From: Sphaerodactylus townsendi
Lineage: Eukaryota
DNA: 64,000 nt
Assembly (NCBI RefSeq): GCF_021028975.2
Contig: NC_059437.1
Location: forward strand, 21,762,001-21,826,000
Reading direction: 5' to 3'
The translations under genes were made by a program, and so were the position numbers. Shown here in pieces: positions 49,773-63,514 of the stretch. A model generated the notes under the pieces. It did no database searches, was not told where the DNA came from, and was given only the letters and a program-made list of their open reading frames with translations. Numbering within the stretch: the first letter of the stretch is position 1; every line of letters starts with the position of its first letter.

Positions 49773-50656
49773 CCCTAGTCTAAAGGTATGCCTGGCTTAA
49801 CAGTGGGGCTAGTTGAGCACTCCCAGAAGACCATTGCCTACCATATCTGTATCCATCTCTCCAATCAATCAGCATTCAAGGGAATAGCCCAGGCATTCTC
49901 TTGGAATCTAATGATCCATCAAACCTCTCCTATCCTTTTATCTAAACCCCAGAAAAGCAGTCAATTCTTTGCTCTCTGGCTTTCCTGCCAGAATGCTTCA
50001 TACTTCCTCAGGACCCATTTTAGGGTATTAAATTTGGTCCTTTGTCTCTGTGTTTGTTGAAGCAGTGCACTGACCCCACCTTCTCGTCCATGGGCCTTCT
50101 CTCATTTCCCTTCTCTGCCCTGCTTTCATGGATGTCTCTTCAAGACTGTTAACTATCATCCTTCCATAAACCTCCTCCCTTTTTTCTAGCTAGTTCTTGT
50201 GCATTCATCCCCTTGAAATGATTCTTGGCTGCCATTTTCTGATTTTCCCTGTTTTTTCCTCAGTGTGTGGACAGATCAGTGCTTCTGAGCTTCACAACCT
50301 CATGCTTCAATTCCCTGAGTCTTCTGTAGTCAACACTGTGAAGATTAATCCCCCCACCCAAATCTCAAAAATGTTTCAACCAAAAGAATCGCTAGGAAAA
50401 AGGATGCATTTAAAATGTTTTGAAGCTGCAAATAAAATGTTTTTGGGAAAAACAACACATAACTCCTTGGAGGAAAGGTTTTATTTCCTCCCCTAATATG
50501 TTTTAGAGTGTTTTTGTGGAAATGACTTCTGTCTCCAGACTTTACTTCCAACTGAAGTGGAGTCTGCTTGCTCAGGGTAACAATGGTATCAAACAGTCTC
50601 TGCCAAATAAATTCAATAGAACTTCCAAATAAGTGCATTGAGGATTGTTCACTCTC

Positions 50657-50850
50657 ATGAACACATGAAGCTGCTGCAGACTAAGTCATCTATCAAGGTG
50701 AGTGTTGCCTTCTCTGACTGGCATTAGCTCTCCAGGTTCTAAGGCAGAGTTTTTTCATACCACTTCCTACCTGTCCCTTTTTACTGGAGTTGATAGCGAT
50801 TGAACCTGAAACCTTTGCATGCCAAGCAGATACTTTACCACTGAGCAACA
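50657..50850 (-). mobile_element. tRNA-derived SINE (second family)
   Basis: Minus-strand GCTCAGTGGTAAAG...GCATGCAAAGG...GGTTCAATC tRNA-like head; ATGAACACATGAAGCTGC end is shared with 9112 and 55415. Confidence 0.65.
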
Positions 50851-53234
50851 GCCTTTCCCTTGAAGCCATTTTACCCTGATGCAATATGAGTTTTAATTGC
50901 CATGTTTACCCAGATCCCAATGGATTGGCTGCTTATGTATCTTTTGATGTAAATTGGGACTTGTAATCATGTCTGAGGTCACTGGTTGTTGCCCATGAAC
51001 ACCTGGATTTGAATCAAGACCAGAGCTTTTATCTCCAAATAGTAAAAACTGGAACACTGAGTTATAACAATATCATAATATAGTTGCAATAATATCATCT
51101 TTGCCACTATGGGGCTAATGGATTAATTCAAAAATTCAGCACTCAGAATATGGGGTGCAGGAGTGTGAGCAATCTCATAGCAATAGTACATGACTTAGTG
51201 ATTATAAAAAAGCCGTCAGCATAGTGGCCTAGAAAAAATGGTTTGATGGTTTTAACAGCGGCAAGTTCTGCATTAAAAATGCTTGTCAGAAATCAGTAGC
51301 TCAGAGTATCAATTTTTCAAGCCACTTTTCTGGATTAGCTCCCCTGCACTGGCTTCAGTGTAACTCTTCAGATTCTGTTCTGCACTCTCCTCCAGTAATC
51401 ACGTTAAGTGTAAAAAATGAAGGAGTGGCAGTGGATAGAACATCAGCTGACATCTTAGGAGCAGACTCTTTTGGCTAATGAAGTCAAGGTCCAGATTTTT
51501 AGGATCCAGCATGAGACTGTGGCTCTCAGAAGTGAGCCAGAGGCAGCTGAGAAGAAGCTTGTGTAGGTTTGGAAGCCAGGAAACCAGGAATCTGATGCTG
51601 AGAGTTGCAACCAGGAAGGACTGCTGTTTTGCAGGGTAAAAATCTCAGCTTGAATGGGAAGCCTTGGTCATCTTCCTAGTGCCAGGGGCCAAAGGCCATC
51701 TGGCATGGATGGGCCTCAAGATACCTTCATTGGCCAGTGGATTTTCTGACCAAAAGTATTAGAGTGTCCTTATGTGAGGCTGATCTCAGGTCCCAGATAT
51801 GTAACACTAGTAATTCAGTATCTACTCTCATGTACAACTGAGCACATCTTTGAGTAGCAGGGAAAAACCATGCGCTTAGAATGACACTCTTGTGCAGTTG
51901 GGCAAATAGAGAGTTAGTATGGATCTAGGTTGTTTCTTTAAAAGAAGAAGACAAGAAAAAAGTTTCTAAAAACAGAAAATGAACAGGATGGACTGTACAA
52001 TCAATTCAGGCAACAGAGTGGGGGCTGCGGAGCAGCAGCAATCTCCTGTTCAAAACACTGCAATGCCCCAGTCCCCTGCTTGCCAATTGCTATCCATGTT
52101 TTGTCCCTGACTGGGAGTCACAGAGAGTAATTCTTGTAGCCTAATCATCCTCCCAACACCAGTCTCTTTAAAGTTAATGTGGCAAGCCACACACACCCTT
52201 TCCCCAAATCTTGAAAGTTTAGCTTCTTTCCTCTCATGGGAGATTGGCCATCATTTCTGGTTGCCTGTTGTCAGGGCAACCAAAATGATGGCTGAACTCA
52301 CCTGAGAGTAAGCAATCTCATGAGAATTTTGGAAGTCCCATGGGCCTGTTTGGTTTTTAAGAAGACTGGGGCAACAAAGATGTAAAGTGGATTATATACT
52401 CTGGGATGGCAGCTATTACTGCAGTAGCATTGACTGGCAGTGGTTACTGCCTCAAGCCTCAAAAGATCTTGAGCACCACTGAAGATGAATACAGTCTTCC
52501 TTTGTCATTACTCTTCCTTCTTTCATTTGTCATTTTTCTTCCTTCCTATCTTGTTTCCCTCTGTCAACGATCTCACTGTCTTCCTTCTGATCTTTCTTGG
52601 TAATTTCCCTCCCTTGCTTCCAGTCTGGAGGCAGGGAGATTCTGCACTGCATGTCTCTGCACTGTGGGAATGAATTTAGAATCAGCCCTGCAGCAGCTCC
52701 CAATGAAGGCAAGCCATGTGAAACGTGCTTGTAATTTGTTTGGCTCATGCTCAAAAGAACACTATCTGAACAGTCACCTTCTCTAAGCCCAGAAAACTAA
52801 GATACCAGGGTAAGAATGGCTCAGGATTCTCCAGAGAATGCCAGGGATATCATATGAGGATTAATATCATTTGTTGGTCCTTCATCTCCACTCTGTTCAT
52901 TTTATTCATCACTATGTTGGGATTGGCATCTTTCCTTATCAGACAGGAATGGTATCTGATCATCTGTCAGAATATAGCCAACAGGCTGGGGTGTGGTCCT
53001 GTCAGAAAAACCTGTTCTCTGGAACATATGCCATGCTCTTTACTAGCCTCTCCCAGTCCATTAGGGGAAGACACTGGTAGAATAGTCAGTCAGGCTTGGG
53101 CAACAGAGCTACTGTATTGTGGGTGGGGAAGGCCACTCTCCTTCGAGCTGGGCCAGTTGGTCTGCAGGGTTGCTGACAAGCCAATTATGGTATATGACTG
53201 TATTGTTGAATGCTGTCAGCATTCTGACAAGAAT

Positions 53235-53718
53235 GAAAGGTACTGCTGACTAATCCAAGCTGAGAAATCAGCAGTAGCTGAACATGCTCTAAACCAAGCT
53301 GGACATCAGATCTAGACACAGGCATTCTTCAAAAAGACAACTCCAATAGCTACCATGTCAGACTACACAGGGAACAAACACTACACAAAAACTGGAACAG
53401 TTTCAACAAAAAGGTAGAGAAACTGAAAACCAACAAAACCTGGCTACCAGTACTAAAAAAACATCAAAACCCAAAACAGTGATATTCAAATGCAACTGCA
53501 ATTGAACTCCACCTGCCTCGCTCCCCTGCACCTCCCACCTGGGAAGTGGATAAAACATATATCCCACCACACAATTACTTCACATTGTGGAATGGAGAGA
53601 AGCGCATCTTACTGTGACATGCCTCTGACGATGCCAGCCATAGATGTGGGCAAAATGTTAGAAGCAAAAACTATCTGACCATGGCCACAAACCCCAGAAA
53701 ATCCACAATAGCCAAGTC
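53235..53718 (+). mobile_element. Penelope-like element 3' fragment (GIY-YIG region and terminal repeat)
   Basis: Translates LIQAEKSAVAEHALNQAGHQI...YHVRLHRE...NKTWLPVLK; CCTCTGACGATGCCAGCCATAGATG terminal motif. Confidence 0.75.
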
Positions 53719-54363
53719 ACATGACTCCCAACATTATTCTTGCTATCTATAACAACATAAAAGATCCCTGGTGAATCAGATTTGGGTGGGTATGTAGCCC
53801 AGCATGCCATTTCCAGTAGTGGCCAGTTAATTGCTTCCAGGAAGCCAAGAAGCAGGGCATACAGGCAACATCCTGACCTCTCACCATGCATGAAAAGTGC
53901 AATTATGCAGCGAAACATCTATTCAGTGGCTGTCGCTCAGTTCTGGAATTCTCACCAAAGTCTGAGCCTGTGCAGCCTGCGGTTTGAGTCCACTCCATGC
54001 TCTGTAATTGTCCAGCAAGAGTTTTGAGAGGTGGGAAAGATGGTGTGAGCCTTTCCTCAGCAACAAGAATAATCATATATGAGACTGATATTTCCTGTGG
54101 CGATCCAACATGACATGCACACAGGAATGTATATTCTTCTTCCAGCAGCCCAAAACCTGGACAATGTAAGGATCTGGACTTTGTCAGTCTTTGAGGGAAA
54201 AGCAGGACAGAGGTGAGGGGCAGAACTCTGGCAGAAATAAGTGCTTGGTGCTGGTAGCCATCTTCTTTCTGCTCTTGGGTCTTTTAAGCCAGGCCTCTAC
54301 ATTTGCCACTTCCTTTGTAATTGTATAGGTGTGCAATAGTTTCTTAAAACAGTTTAACTAGAA

Positions 54364-54511
54364 CAGGGGTAGGGAACCTGCGGCTCTCCAGATGTTCAGG
54401 AACTACAATTCCCATCAGCCCCTACCAGCATGGCCAATTGGCCATGCTGACAGAGGCTGATGGGAATTGTAGTTCCTGAACATCTGGAGAGCCGCAGGTT
54501 CCCTACCCCTG
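54364..54511. mobile_element. Palindromic hAT (Charlie-like) MITE, 148 bp
   Basis: Near-perfect hairpin; TIR CAGGGGTAGGGAACC; 8-bp TSD AACTAGAA on both sides. Confidence 0.93.
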
Positions 54512-55449
54512 AACTAGAATAAGAAGAGCATGAAGGTGAACTTGGAAGCACAGGACCAGATTTATGCTTAGAGTAACATCACTAGAGTTAATGAAGTTAC
54601 TCCTGGGATGAATTAAGTCAGCTGTGTTTATTCTCTAAGCTCCCTTTACATTGTACATCATGGTAAGATTAACATTAATCTGACTGAAATATTTGAGCAT
54701 CCAATTCCCTTGCTAATTCTATTAAGCACTTTTCTCTCCCTCCCTCCCTCGCCTCCCTCATACTACTTTGAAATGTTATCACATGGTGACAAAAACCTAA
54801 GCTCCTTATTGGATTTTTATAAATCCTCTCTTTGCTGGCTACTCTCAGAATTGGGTCTGTGTGTTGAATTATTGTTCCTTCAGCACTGCACAGTGGTTTT
54901 AAAAACAAATAAACAATCATTTGGAGCCCAGCACAGAATCATCAGCCATGTGTCTGATCCAGTGATGCCACATTGCTAAATGTAATCACTCTAACAGCCA
55001 GCTGTGGTAGGATTTCAGGGGCATGTTAACTTTTCTAGGGCACAGTAGAGGTCTGGCCCCAGGTGCTTAGGTCTGGATCTTCAGAAAGTCAGTTTCCTGT
55101 TTATTGAAGCTAGAATAGAATGTCATAAACATGAAGCAGAAATGGAAAGTAAGAAGACCCAGATTCCTTCTCCTTTGAGCCTTGCTTGGCACCTACCGTA
55201 CTGACTTGTAGGTATCAGGCAAATTATTTTCACTGAGGCTTTTAGTGAAAGGAATTTATCTTCTTAACTGTTTTATGGCCAGGTTCTGGTTGGGGGGGGG
55301 GGGGTCTGTTTTATGGATATTTTTAGGGCACTCAGTGGTTGGTTTTTTTGGGGTGTTTTTATGCCCCTGTGTTTTTTTGTGTTTTTATGCCCCTGTATTT
55401 TGATGTTTTTTGCACATGAACACATGAGGCTGCCTTACACTGATTGAGA

Positions 55450-56290
55450 CTTCTCTTTTTAGGATAGATGGGTTTTGCGCATCAATTTTTTCTAATAAGA
55501 CAATCAAGGCATCATAATATTAGACTGAATATTAGAGATTCTATGATTGGTTTAAGCTGCTGCCCCCTTCCCAAAGTTTCTGCTGATATATCCTGAAAGA
55601 CTTATATCTGAGTTTTTTGGAAAGGCAAAACACTCTTTTCCAGTGCTGCACAGAATTTTATCTTTTGAACCATGAGGCAAGAAACAAACTACGATATCTT
55701 GAGGAAATTTTGAATGTCTGACTTGTAAAGGACCGATTTGTTGGACTCTTTCAAGTATTAGAGAAACTCCATCTTCCAATGGCAGGACTGTAGCTAGCCA
55801 GGAAGAGATAAACAGAGATGTATCTGTGCCTTCTGCTTTTTCAACAAATCCGCAAAACCACAAATTATTCTGGTGGGCTCTGTTCTCAAGGTCTTGAATT
55901 TTTGCTTTTTAATAATACCTTGTTTTATTGCAGGCATTTGAGTAAGTGCCATTTCCATTGCTGCGTCTGCTGGAGTGGAAACATCTTTTAGGCATCTCTT
56001 TATTTCAATAAGCTGGGACGATAGGCTCCAAAAGAGATTCCAGTTTAGAAAACAGAGCTTTGCTACTCTCCCAAGAGGATCAAAATATCTTGCTTTGTAG
56101 CAAGATCTTCATCATTTTGGAACCGTTCTGGCCTTATGTTTGCATTGAAGCTATTTTAGCTCCCTCTTCTGCCTCCTGTTCAAAGACTCTGTTCCTGCTG
56201 TTGCTCTGGAAGATTTGTTTCAGTCTTCAGAGCCTGCTTGGACTTTACCTTCTCCTTTTTTGCCCATTCTCACTTGAGGCACTTGCATAG
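55450..56290 (-). mobile_element. L1/Tx1 ORF1 remnant
   Basis: GFVEKAEGTD...ILERVQQIGP...KFPQDIVVCF resembles the L1 ORF1p RRM motif (G.PE..E...IERAHR.G...PRDIIV.F). Confidence 0.65.
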
Positions 56291-58477
56291 GTTGTAAGGT
56301 AAGTGCAGTGGAGAGGGAGAGCATTGGGTTCAAGTGTCCATCACCAAACCACAACATCACTTCCTCCTGTTCTTTTTATACTGTAATGAAAGGTGATGTA
56401 TGGCATAGGTTTTTTCTTAGGCCCCTTCCACATGGGCCAATTAACGTGGGTTGACCATGGTATAAAACTTGTGTTTGTTCGGGGAGGGGGGGCTTTGCAT
56501 GGATCCCACTCCTAACTCAAGTCCACTCCACATTTCTCCTCCCAACCCGAGTTTTTCAAGAATCGCACTATCTGCGATTCTTTTGTTTTAATGTGGATTG
56601 CAGCAATGGCCGAGCGAATGGCTACCCTAGGAAGCGCGTTACTTGGCTGCGCTTCTGGGTTTTTTCAATCCTTGTCTTCCATTTTTATGGTGTTTTTTTC
56701 CATCAGAGACAGTTTGGTAGTTTGGTAGCTATATACTACTTTGATAACGATTTTATATATAGTTTAAAATGCCTTGTAGAAGGAGGAGAGGGATATAGAA
56801 CCCCGTCTGGCTGATATAAGATCTCGTAGCTGAGTCTCCTTGCAGGTAACATTTGTAAATCTGAACTGGCCCAGGGTGGAAGCCTGTGACATACATTAAA
56901 GGGCAAGAACTGATGTACTGTTATCATGGATTCAGGAGGAAGATCTGCTGCCAGAGGCTCAGTGGCCTGCCCTGCAGTCTTAGGCTCCACCCTCAATCCC
57001 CCACTTTGTTTATATTGTATTCATGTACTGTAAACCACTTTGGGTCCTCATGGGTGGAAAAGTGGCATATAAACACTAAAATAAATATGTCAACAAAGAT
57101 GCACTGGTAATTAGTGATAAAAATCTGCAGCAGAATTATTTGCCATAAAAAGGTGAATTACTCAGTTTATCCAAGGATTAATAACTATTGCAGGATTGTG
57201 CTTTTAAATAGCATGCAAAAAAGCATTTTAAAAAACATTTTCATAGAGAAAAGAATCCCTTTACATTGCCCAACTAAACAAAGGTAATAGTGTTTTGGTG
57301 TGTGTGCAAATTCAATTAATGTTTTCCAAACTATGAAAGGCTAAATGCCACATTTACAATTGTTTCTGCTTGACCTTTATTGAAATAACGAAGTATACGT
57401 ACAGCTCAGAAGATTTTCTTTCTGGTGTAAATTAAATGGTATATTTGTTGATGGAAAGGTCAGTTTTTGAGTACAGCTTTACTTTCAAATCCCTCCATCT
57501 TTCCCCTCCTAAATGGGAGAAATTAATTAGTTATACAGCCAAGATGCATAACATAACACTTTTACTTGGGTTTGAAAATAGATTACTTACAGTGGGAAGA
57601 GGTTGATTTGCCAAATGGCAAGTGTAGCTTCTCTCAAAATAATTTGGCATTGAGGATCTGAAGAATTAAAATCTTTGGAGGATGTACGTAGTCTAATCGG
57701 GCCTGACATACTAGGATTAACACATTTAATTTTTCTTTCTACCTGAATGGAAGCATTCCCCGCTCACCCCATACTTCTGTGAGGAGATGAACATTTTTTT
57801 CCTCATTTCAATGCATTAACTATGAGAAAGCATTAACTGAAGCAACAGGGCTCAGTGACCAATGGAAGACACACACCCCGAAAACAATATATTATCATCA
57901 TTATTATTATGAACTGACAAAATGGATAAACTTTGTGAAAATTAATACTTTGTGAAAATTACGTTTCAGGAATAATTATGGAGAAGCCTGGACCCTCTTT
58001 ATGAGTTAAGGGAATAGGTTTAGAGGTTACCAACATTAATCAATCTGCTTCCTGAAAAGTAATTTTATTACAATTGTTCATCAGTAAATGTTACCTATAT
58101 GGACTCCAGTGTCTATAAATACTAAAAATGATGCTGACCTATGGTAATTATGTAATTCATATTATCTTAACAGTTAAATACATAAAGTAAGTGTCCAACA
58201 AGGCAAATTGATCCCCTTTTTTTTCTTTTCTGCTTCAATGATTCCTCTGGCTTTTAAGTTGTTCATTGCTACAGCCTCAAAGGGGAAGTTCTGGAAATGG
58301 GTGCAAACCACTTAACACAGCCCACCGCAAAAAGCCCCACCATCTCAGTTGAAGGTGGAAAGCAAATGGTGGGATTGAACACATATAGCAGTTTACGTTG
58401 TTGTTTTAAAGGTATTCACTAGGAACAAAATAACGTTCTCCAATCCTGATATTTTATTATCACTAACGTTGAAGGTA

Positions 58478-58706
58478 GAGCCAATGTGGTGTAGTAGTTA
58501 AGTATGACGAGGCTTAAATCTGGAGAATCAGGTTTGATTCCCCACTTCTCCACACGAAGCCTGCTGGGTGACCTTGGGCCAGTCACAGTTCTCAAAACTA
58601 TCTCAGCCCACACAGAGGCAGGCCATGGTGAACCATCTCTGCATGTCTCTTGCCTTGAAAACCCTGTGAGGTCACCATAAGTCAACTATGACTTGACAGC
58701 ACTTTC
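58478..58706 (+). mobile_element. Chimeric SINE: Squam3-like head/body plus RTE/BovB-type tail
   Basis: tRNA head and GGGTGACCTTGGGCCAGTCACAG body joined to CAGAGGCAGG...CTCTTGCCTTGAAAACCC...GACTTGACAGCAC tail. Confidence 0.75.
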
Positions 58707-59849
58707 TTCCAGCAACGTTGATGGTGCAAAGAGAACAGCTCCCTCCTAATGATATAAAGGATTGTAACTGTGGATGGCCAGTGGATATGCGCATGGTAGT
58801 ACTTAATCCCTGCCCAAATAACAGCAAGATGAACTTTCCTCCTTCGTTCTGGTAACCATTAAACACACAGGATTTTTTCCCCTGTACTCAGCCCTCATGC
58901 TGCCAAGTGCACAACAGTCCTGTTTGGGATTCCCCTCCCTTTCTGTTCCACCTTATGCATTTTGAAACTGTTTTTTTTTAAACTGTGTTTTTAATTTTTC
59001 TTCACTGTTTGTCACTTTGTGGATCCTGATCAGGTAAAAAGGTGGTTTATAAATATCTTAAATAAATGAATAAAATAATTGAAATTAGTGAGTTGGCATC
59101 CAGTGACACAAGCCTGCCCGAAGATATGGCTGAGTCTTCAGAAATATTTCTGTGGGGCATGACTTTCTCTCCCACTTGCCAGCTTATGGATCTCTCTATA
59201 GCAGTCAATTTATTCTGGGGTGGGGAGGGCGAGAAACTCTGACATTTCAGAAGACAAGATGCACCTTTCAGCTTGGCTAAGCTTGCAATGTCTCAGCAAA
59301 TACCATTTGGCCTCATTGCTAGAAATGTCAGGTGTCTGGAATGAGCAGCTCTTCCTTTAATGTTACATTCAGGATAGCAATGTTTCCTCATTTGTCATAC
59401 TAGCCCGCATGGCGACACATTTGTAGCTAGGCCACTAATATCCAGAGTCCTGTTATCTGATCTTCGATTTTTGCTGACATCAGCTGTCAAACCTCAATGG
59501 GAAAGTTATTCCTTGCATCCAGAGCCTAAAAGAAACTCAGTCATAGCTGGGTTCATTCCTGTTCTAACCTTCCGCCCACTCCACAAAGTCCTACAATATT
59601 CTGTTCCAAAGTTTTGACAGGTAAGGCAAGCTTTTTTCTCCCTGAATTAAAATTGGAGACACATATTTCATTGTTTTAGGATGTTGAGAGGTCAATGACA
59701 GGAGGCACAACAGTCTTGACTTAGTCCCAGATGGGGAGAAATCTCAGGAGCAGCCAGCAACTGGCAGATCAATCTGCTTCCAAAATATTTGGGGAACCAC
59801 TGAGATTGTGGGGGTGGGATGTTCCCTGAGCAGTGAAATGATCCTAAAC

Positions 59850-60498
59850 CAGGGGTCCCCAACATGGTGCTTGGGGGTGCCATGGTGCCCCCTGACACCT
59901 TTCTTTGTGCCCTTCAAGTGTTTATAGAAAGTAGGAGGGAGGGAACTTTTCCCAGCAAGCCTTTTGATTGGCCTTCGTAGATCTGATTGGCTGTGCAGAG
60001 TTTTAAAAATATTGCTTTGGCTTCAGCTGCCAACACAGCACAAGGATCTTCACTGTTAGAAGAAGTTGGATTTATATCCTGCCTTTCTTTCCTGTAAGGA
60101 GACTCAAAGGGGCTTACAAACTCCTTTCCCTTCCCCCCTCACAACAAACACCCTATGAGGTAGGTGGGGCTGAGAGAGCTCCGAAGATCTGTGACTAGCC
60201 CAAGGTTACCCATCTGGCATGTGTTGGAGTGCACAAGCTAATCTAGTTCACCAGATAAGCCTCCACAGCTCAAGTGACAGAGTGGGGAATCAAACCCAGT
60301 TATCCAGGTTAGAATGCACCTGCTCTTAACCACTACACCATGCCGGCTCTCTTACCTTAGACTGAAGGTAAGCTGCAGCAGTTATTTTGTGGCTTGCTTT
60401 TCCTCCTGTGGCAGCCATTTTGTCCCAGTCATTTTTTTTAACTGCACCCACCACATTATGGCAGAATTTCAAAGGTTCAGAAAGGTTCAGGACCCTTG
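59850..60498. mobile_element. hAT non-autonomous element interrupted by a SINE (60059-60351)
   Basis: CAGGGGTCCCCAAC ... GGTTCAGGACCCTTG ends; TSD TCCTAAAC/TCCTAAAA. Confidence 0.75.
60059..60351 (-). mobile_element. tRNA-derived SINE (Squam3-like) nested in a hAT element
   Basis: Close match to 2994-3291. Confidence 0.88.
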
Positions 60499-60711
60499 TC
60501 CTAAAACCGTGAGCAATTCCTCTAATTCATGCTGGTCACTGGCACCTAATGCAGCCATTGTGGTAATGCCATCCAAAAATTGGTTGAGACTATTTTTCAG
60601 TGGCTTGTCTTTTCTAATATTTATTTATATTATAACCACCTGTGCTGATAAAAAAGCCCTGCATTATGGAAGCACCCAAAACTACAACAGAGGTTGCTGC
60701 ACACCCTAGAG

Positions 60712-60798
60712 CAGTGGTGGTGAAATTGGTCATGCTGGCAGGGGTTGATGGGAATTGTAGTCCATAACATCTGGAGTGCCAAAGGTTCGCCACCATGC
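60712..60798. mobile_element. Internally deleted hAT MITE
   Basis: CAGTGGTGG...GGGAATTGTAGT...GGTTCGCCACCATGC; TSD CCCTAGAG on both sides. Confidence 0.8.
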
Positions 60799-62844
60799 CC
60801 CTAGAGGAACAGTCAGAAGCAGCCATTTTTCTGAGAGGGAGAAGGAAAGTCAGAAACAGAGGAGTTATTTTGATCAGTTCTTACTTCATTCTTATTTTAA
60901 TAACTTTATTCTTATTAACAGAACTTTATTCTTAATAACAGAAAGGTAAGATTATTGATCTTCTCATTTACTGGTTGGGTCTTAAGTGTATATTAGTATC
61001 CAATATCTGGATTTAAAAAAATAAATGTGGGATGATTTCAGTGATATTGTTGCAAGTCACCTTGAGCAAAAAATAGATAAATAGAAATATTATTTCGTAC
61101 CAAATAATCATAATACCATATCCAGAGAAATCCTAAGTAGGTCATCCCAGAAGTAATCCCTGTTTTATACAATGGAACTTATTCCCAGGAAGGTGGGTTT
61201 TTTTTCTCTTTGGATTGCCGCCATTGTCAATCAGATTTGGCAACATGATAGTGTAATGCAACAAACCCAGCCTGATAATTGTCCTTGTTGTCATTGCTCT
61301 GACTTGGAGAACATTTTAGCCCTCCTTTCTTTCTTCCTTCTTGCCCAAATGGAGGCCTGCATGTCACATGTTTTGCCACCCCCCACCCCCCCCCGCCCTC
61401 CAAATAGTTCTAAAATTACAAGAGAACTGAAAAGCTTGGCAAATTCCACAGATATATACCAGTATTCATTTTAGGGATTATCCTAGTTAAAGTACAATCG
61501 GGGAAGAGTGGGAGCACAGCAGAAAGAAAGCAAAGAGATAAAGAGACCAAATGGGGAAATCTGCTGTTCATATGTCCTTGATTCCAACTGATTTTATGAC
61601 AGTGAGATTTAAAAGCTGTGACAGCAGATGATGTGAACGAAAGCAATTAAAATGGTTATCATAACTGTTTATTTAGAGTAAAAATGGGATTTATCTAATG
61701 AAAGTAATTACAAAATGAAGAGATACAGCCACAGATCATGCATGTTTATTCAAAAACAATTCAGTAGCATTTATTTCCAGCTAAAGGTGAAGAAATAGAC
61801 ACACTTTAGAACAGCAGTAGCTCTCCAAGGTACTGCCATAGGCAAATCCAACTGACTGTGATAGAAGGCAGTCTGGTCTGGAAGAAGAATGAACTTGAAA
61901 GACATTGAGAGTTGCATGAAAGAGTCACTCTGCACAGGATCACTGAAGTCCCCGAGGTTAATGTTTTCTCCATCAGTATTTTGAAAGCATTCGCTACATA
62001 AAAGGGTGTGCTACAGTTCACAAAATGCTGGTTCGAGTGGAAGGTTCCATTGAACACTCAATAGAAATAGAATTTTGCAGGGCTGATGAAACATTACATA
62101 ATTGTTTCTTGCACCAAAACTTATGCAAGATATCACGTCATTGCTGACCTTGCAAAATGGCTGGAGATAAGTGACCTTCATCGCCTTGATCCCTGGTGTC
62201 TGTGGGATGTCCTGTCTTCCTTTGCTCCACTACAACAGCTTTGCTCATCTCATCAGGACCTTCTGCAAGATACCATCCTACACATGGGCAAAATCAATAA
62301 CCACCCTGCAATGTCCACTCTTATTTCTTCACAAATAAATATATATAAGTGCAAAATAATGTTTATTTTTTTGCCCTCTTTCTCTATATTTTTCTGCCAC
62401 TAGGAATTTAATTCCAAATCCCTTTGTAATTTCTCTTGAAATAGTGTGTCCAAGCTTTAAAGCAGTTTCGAAGAGCTCTGTGGTCCTGAGGAAATTACTA
62501 GTGTGGGATTCCAGGTTACATTTAACAAATTAAAATTTTATTTATATATATTATTTAGCTTAAATGTTTCAAGAAATAATACACAATAAATAAAACAAAC
62601 TGAGGCAACAATTTTTGCTGAGGTGACTTTCACTTTATATCAATCCACTCTCTCCTTTACATCTTTGAGATCATTATAGGATTTGACCCCTTTTCTAGTA
62701 TCTCTAGTTTTCTACACACTCTGACTCAGTTTAGCAACACAGTTCAGCAATACATGAAGCAACACAGACTGCTGTCTCTCTCCCTAGTTATACATATGCT
62801 CTTTCTGATTCTGTCTCAGTTCAGCACAGACTCTCCGCAGTCAC

Positions 62845-62986
62845 NNNNNNNNNNNNNNNNNNNNNNNNNNNNNNNNNNNNNNNNNNNNNNNNNNNNNNNN
62901 NNNNNNNNNNNNNNNNNNNNNNNNNNNNNNNNNNNNNNNNNNNNNNNNNNNNNNNNNNNNNNNNNNNNNNNNNNNNNNNNNNNNNN
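62845..62986. other. Assembly gap (N run)
   Basis: 142 Ns. Confidence 0.99.
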
Positions 62987-63514
62987 ACACATTTTAACTT
63001 GATTCTCCTCAACCTCTCTGTTGTATTTTAAACTCATGCCAATAAAAGGTTGTGGTTGTTGATGATGATGATGAAACACACACATTTTAAAATGTTGCAC
63101 ACCCATACCTGTACATTCGCCTTGGAGCCCAAATGTTGTGGAATGGCATCCCTGCTGAGATTAGGAAGGGTCCCACTCATCTGGTTTCCAGCAAACTATG
63201 CAAAATAGATTTATTCAAGAAGCCTTTTTGCACAGGAGCAAATGTATTTTTGACATACTGTCCAAATTACAGCTGACTTATGGTGACCCCATGGGGGTTT
63301 TTAAGGCAAGAAATGCCCATCCAAATACTTACCAGGGCCAACTCTGCTTAGCTTCTGAGATCAGACAAGATCAGGCTAGATGGAAGCTATCCTGTAGTAT
63401 AATGCAATGGTTAGAAAATGGCATTGAGACTGTGACATATACTATTGTATTGTTAATGCTGTAAGTATGCTCCAAGGTTATGCTCCTAAGTATGCTCCTA
63501 GGTTAGTTTCTATA

